From Priapulus caudatus (lineage: Eukaryota): a DNA stretch of 64,000 bases. The notes under the pieces were generated by a model. It was not told the origin of the DNA and made no database searches. It was given only the letters and a program-made list of their open reading frames with translations. The position numbers and the translations under genes were made by a program. Position 1 is the first letter of the stretch. Each line of letters starts with the position of its first letter. Shown here in pieces: positions 63,923 to 64,000 of the stretch. The stretch lies in contig NW_014577076.1 in assembly GCF_000485595.1 (NCBI RefSeq), positions 350,420 to 414,419 on the forward strand, read 5' to 3'.

Positions 63923-64000
63923 AGGCATTCGTTAGTGACTACCAAAGATCGTATAGTGCCGGAGGCACAAGATAAACCACTCTCCAATATTAGCGTAGTA

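Noticed and set aside
1..64000. Autonomous transposon, endogenous virus, tRNA/rRNA genes or a prokaryote-type novel system
   Set aside because: I could see no long ORF with transposase, Rep/helicase, RT, integrase or capsid motifs and no RNA-gene signature. The long ORFs are explained by host exons or repeats.

Overview
Eukaryotic DNA, not prokaryotic: an AT-rich, intron-rich, gene-dense stretch of an invertebrate metazoan draft assembly. A lophotrochozoan such as an annelid or mollusc is inferred from the HINE-type repeats, TTAGGG-like tracts and gene content. By manually splicing exons I reconstruct six protein-coding genes with strictly alternating strands: the 3' end of XRCC5/Ku80 (+), SPAG1 (-), GTF2B/TFIIB (+), MED27 (-), ADAM17 (+) and an IQCC-like gene (-). 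Introns and intergenic DNA hold many non-autonomous DNA transposons: Helentron-associated HINE-like elements, Mutator-like foldbacks with 9-10 bp TSDs, CAG-ended elements with 8 bp or 6 bp TSDs, and a TTAA-flanked MITE. Mini- and microsatellites are also present. Several kb (about 15.1-19.6 kb, 23.1-27.2 kb and 42.9-45.7 kb) are indel-riddled near-duplicates, the last two containing or abutting N gaps, and are most likely assembly artefacts from uncorrected long reads. I found no convincing new biological system. The best leads are a probable dual cytoplasmic tail in ADAM17, a coiled-coil expansion in SPAG1, a GC-AG intron in TFIIB, head-on TFIIB/MED27 3' ends, a stacked MITE insertion hotspot and a TIR family with 6-bp TSDs. 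Gene identities rest on remembered similarity to human orthologues; no database search was run.
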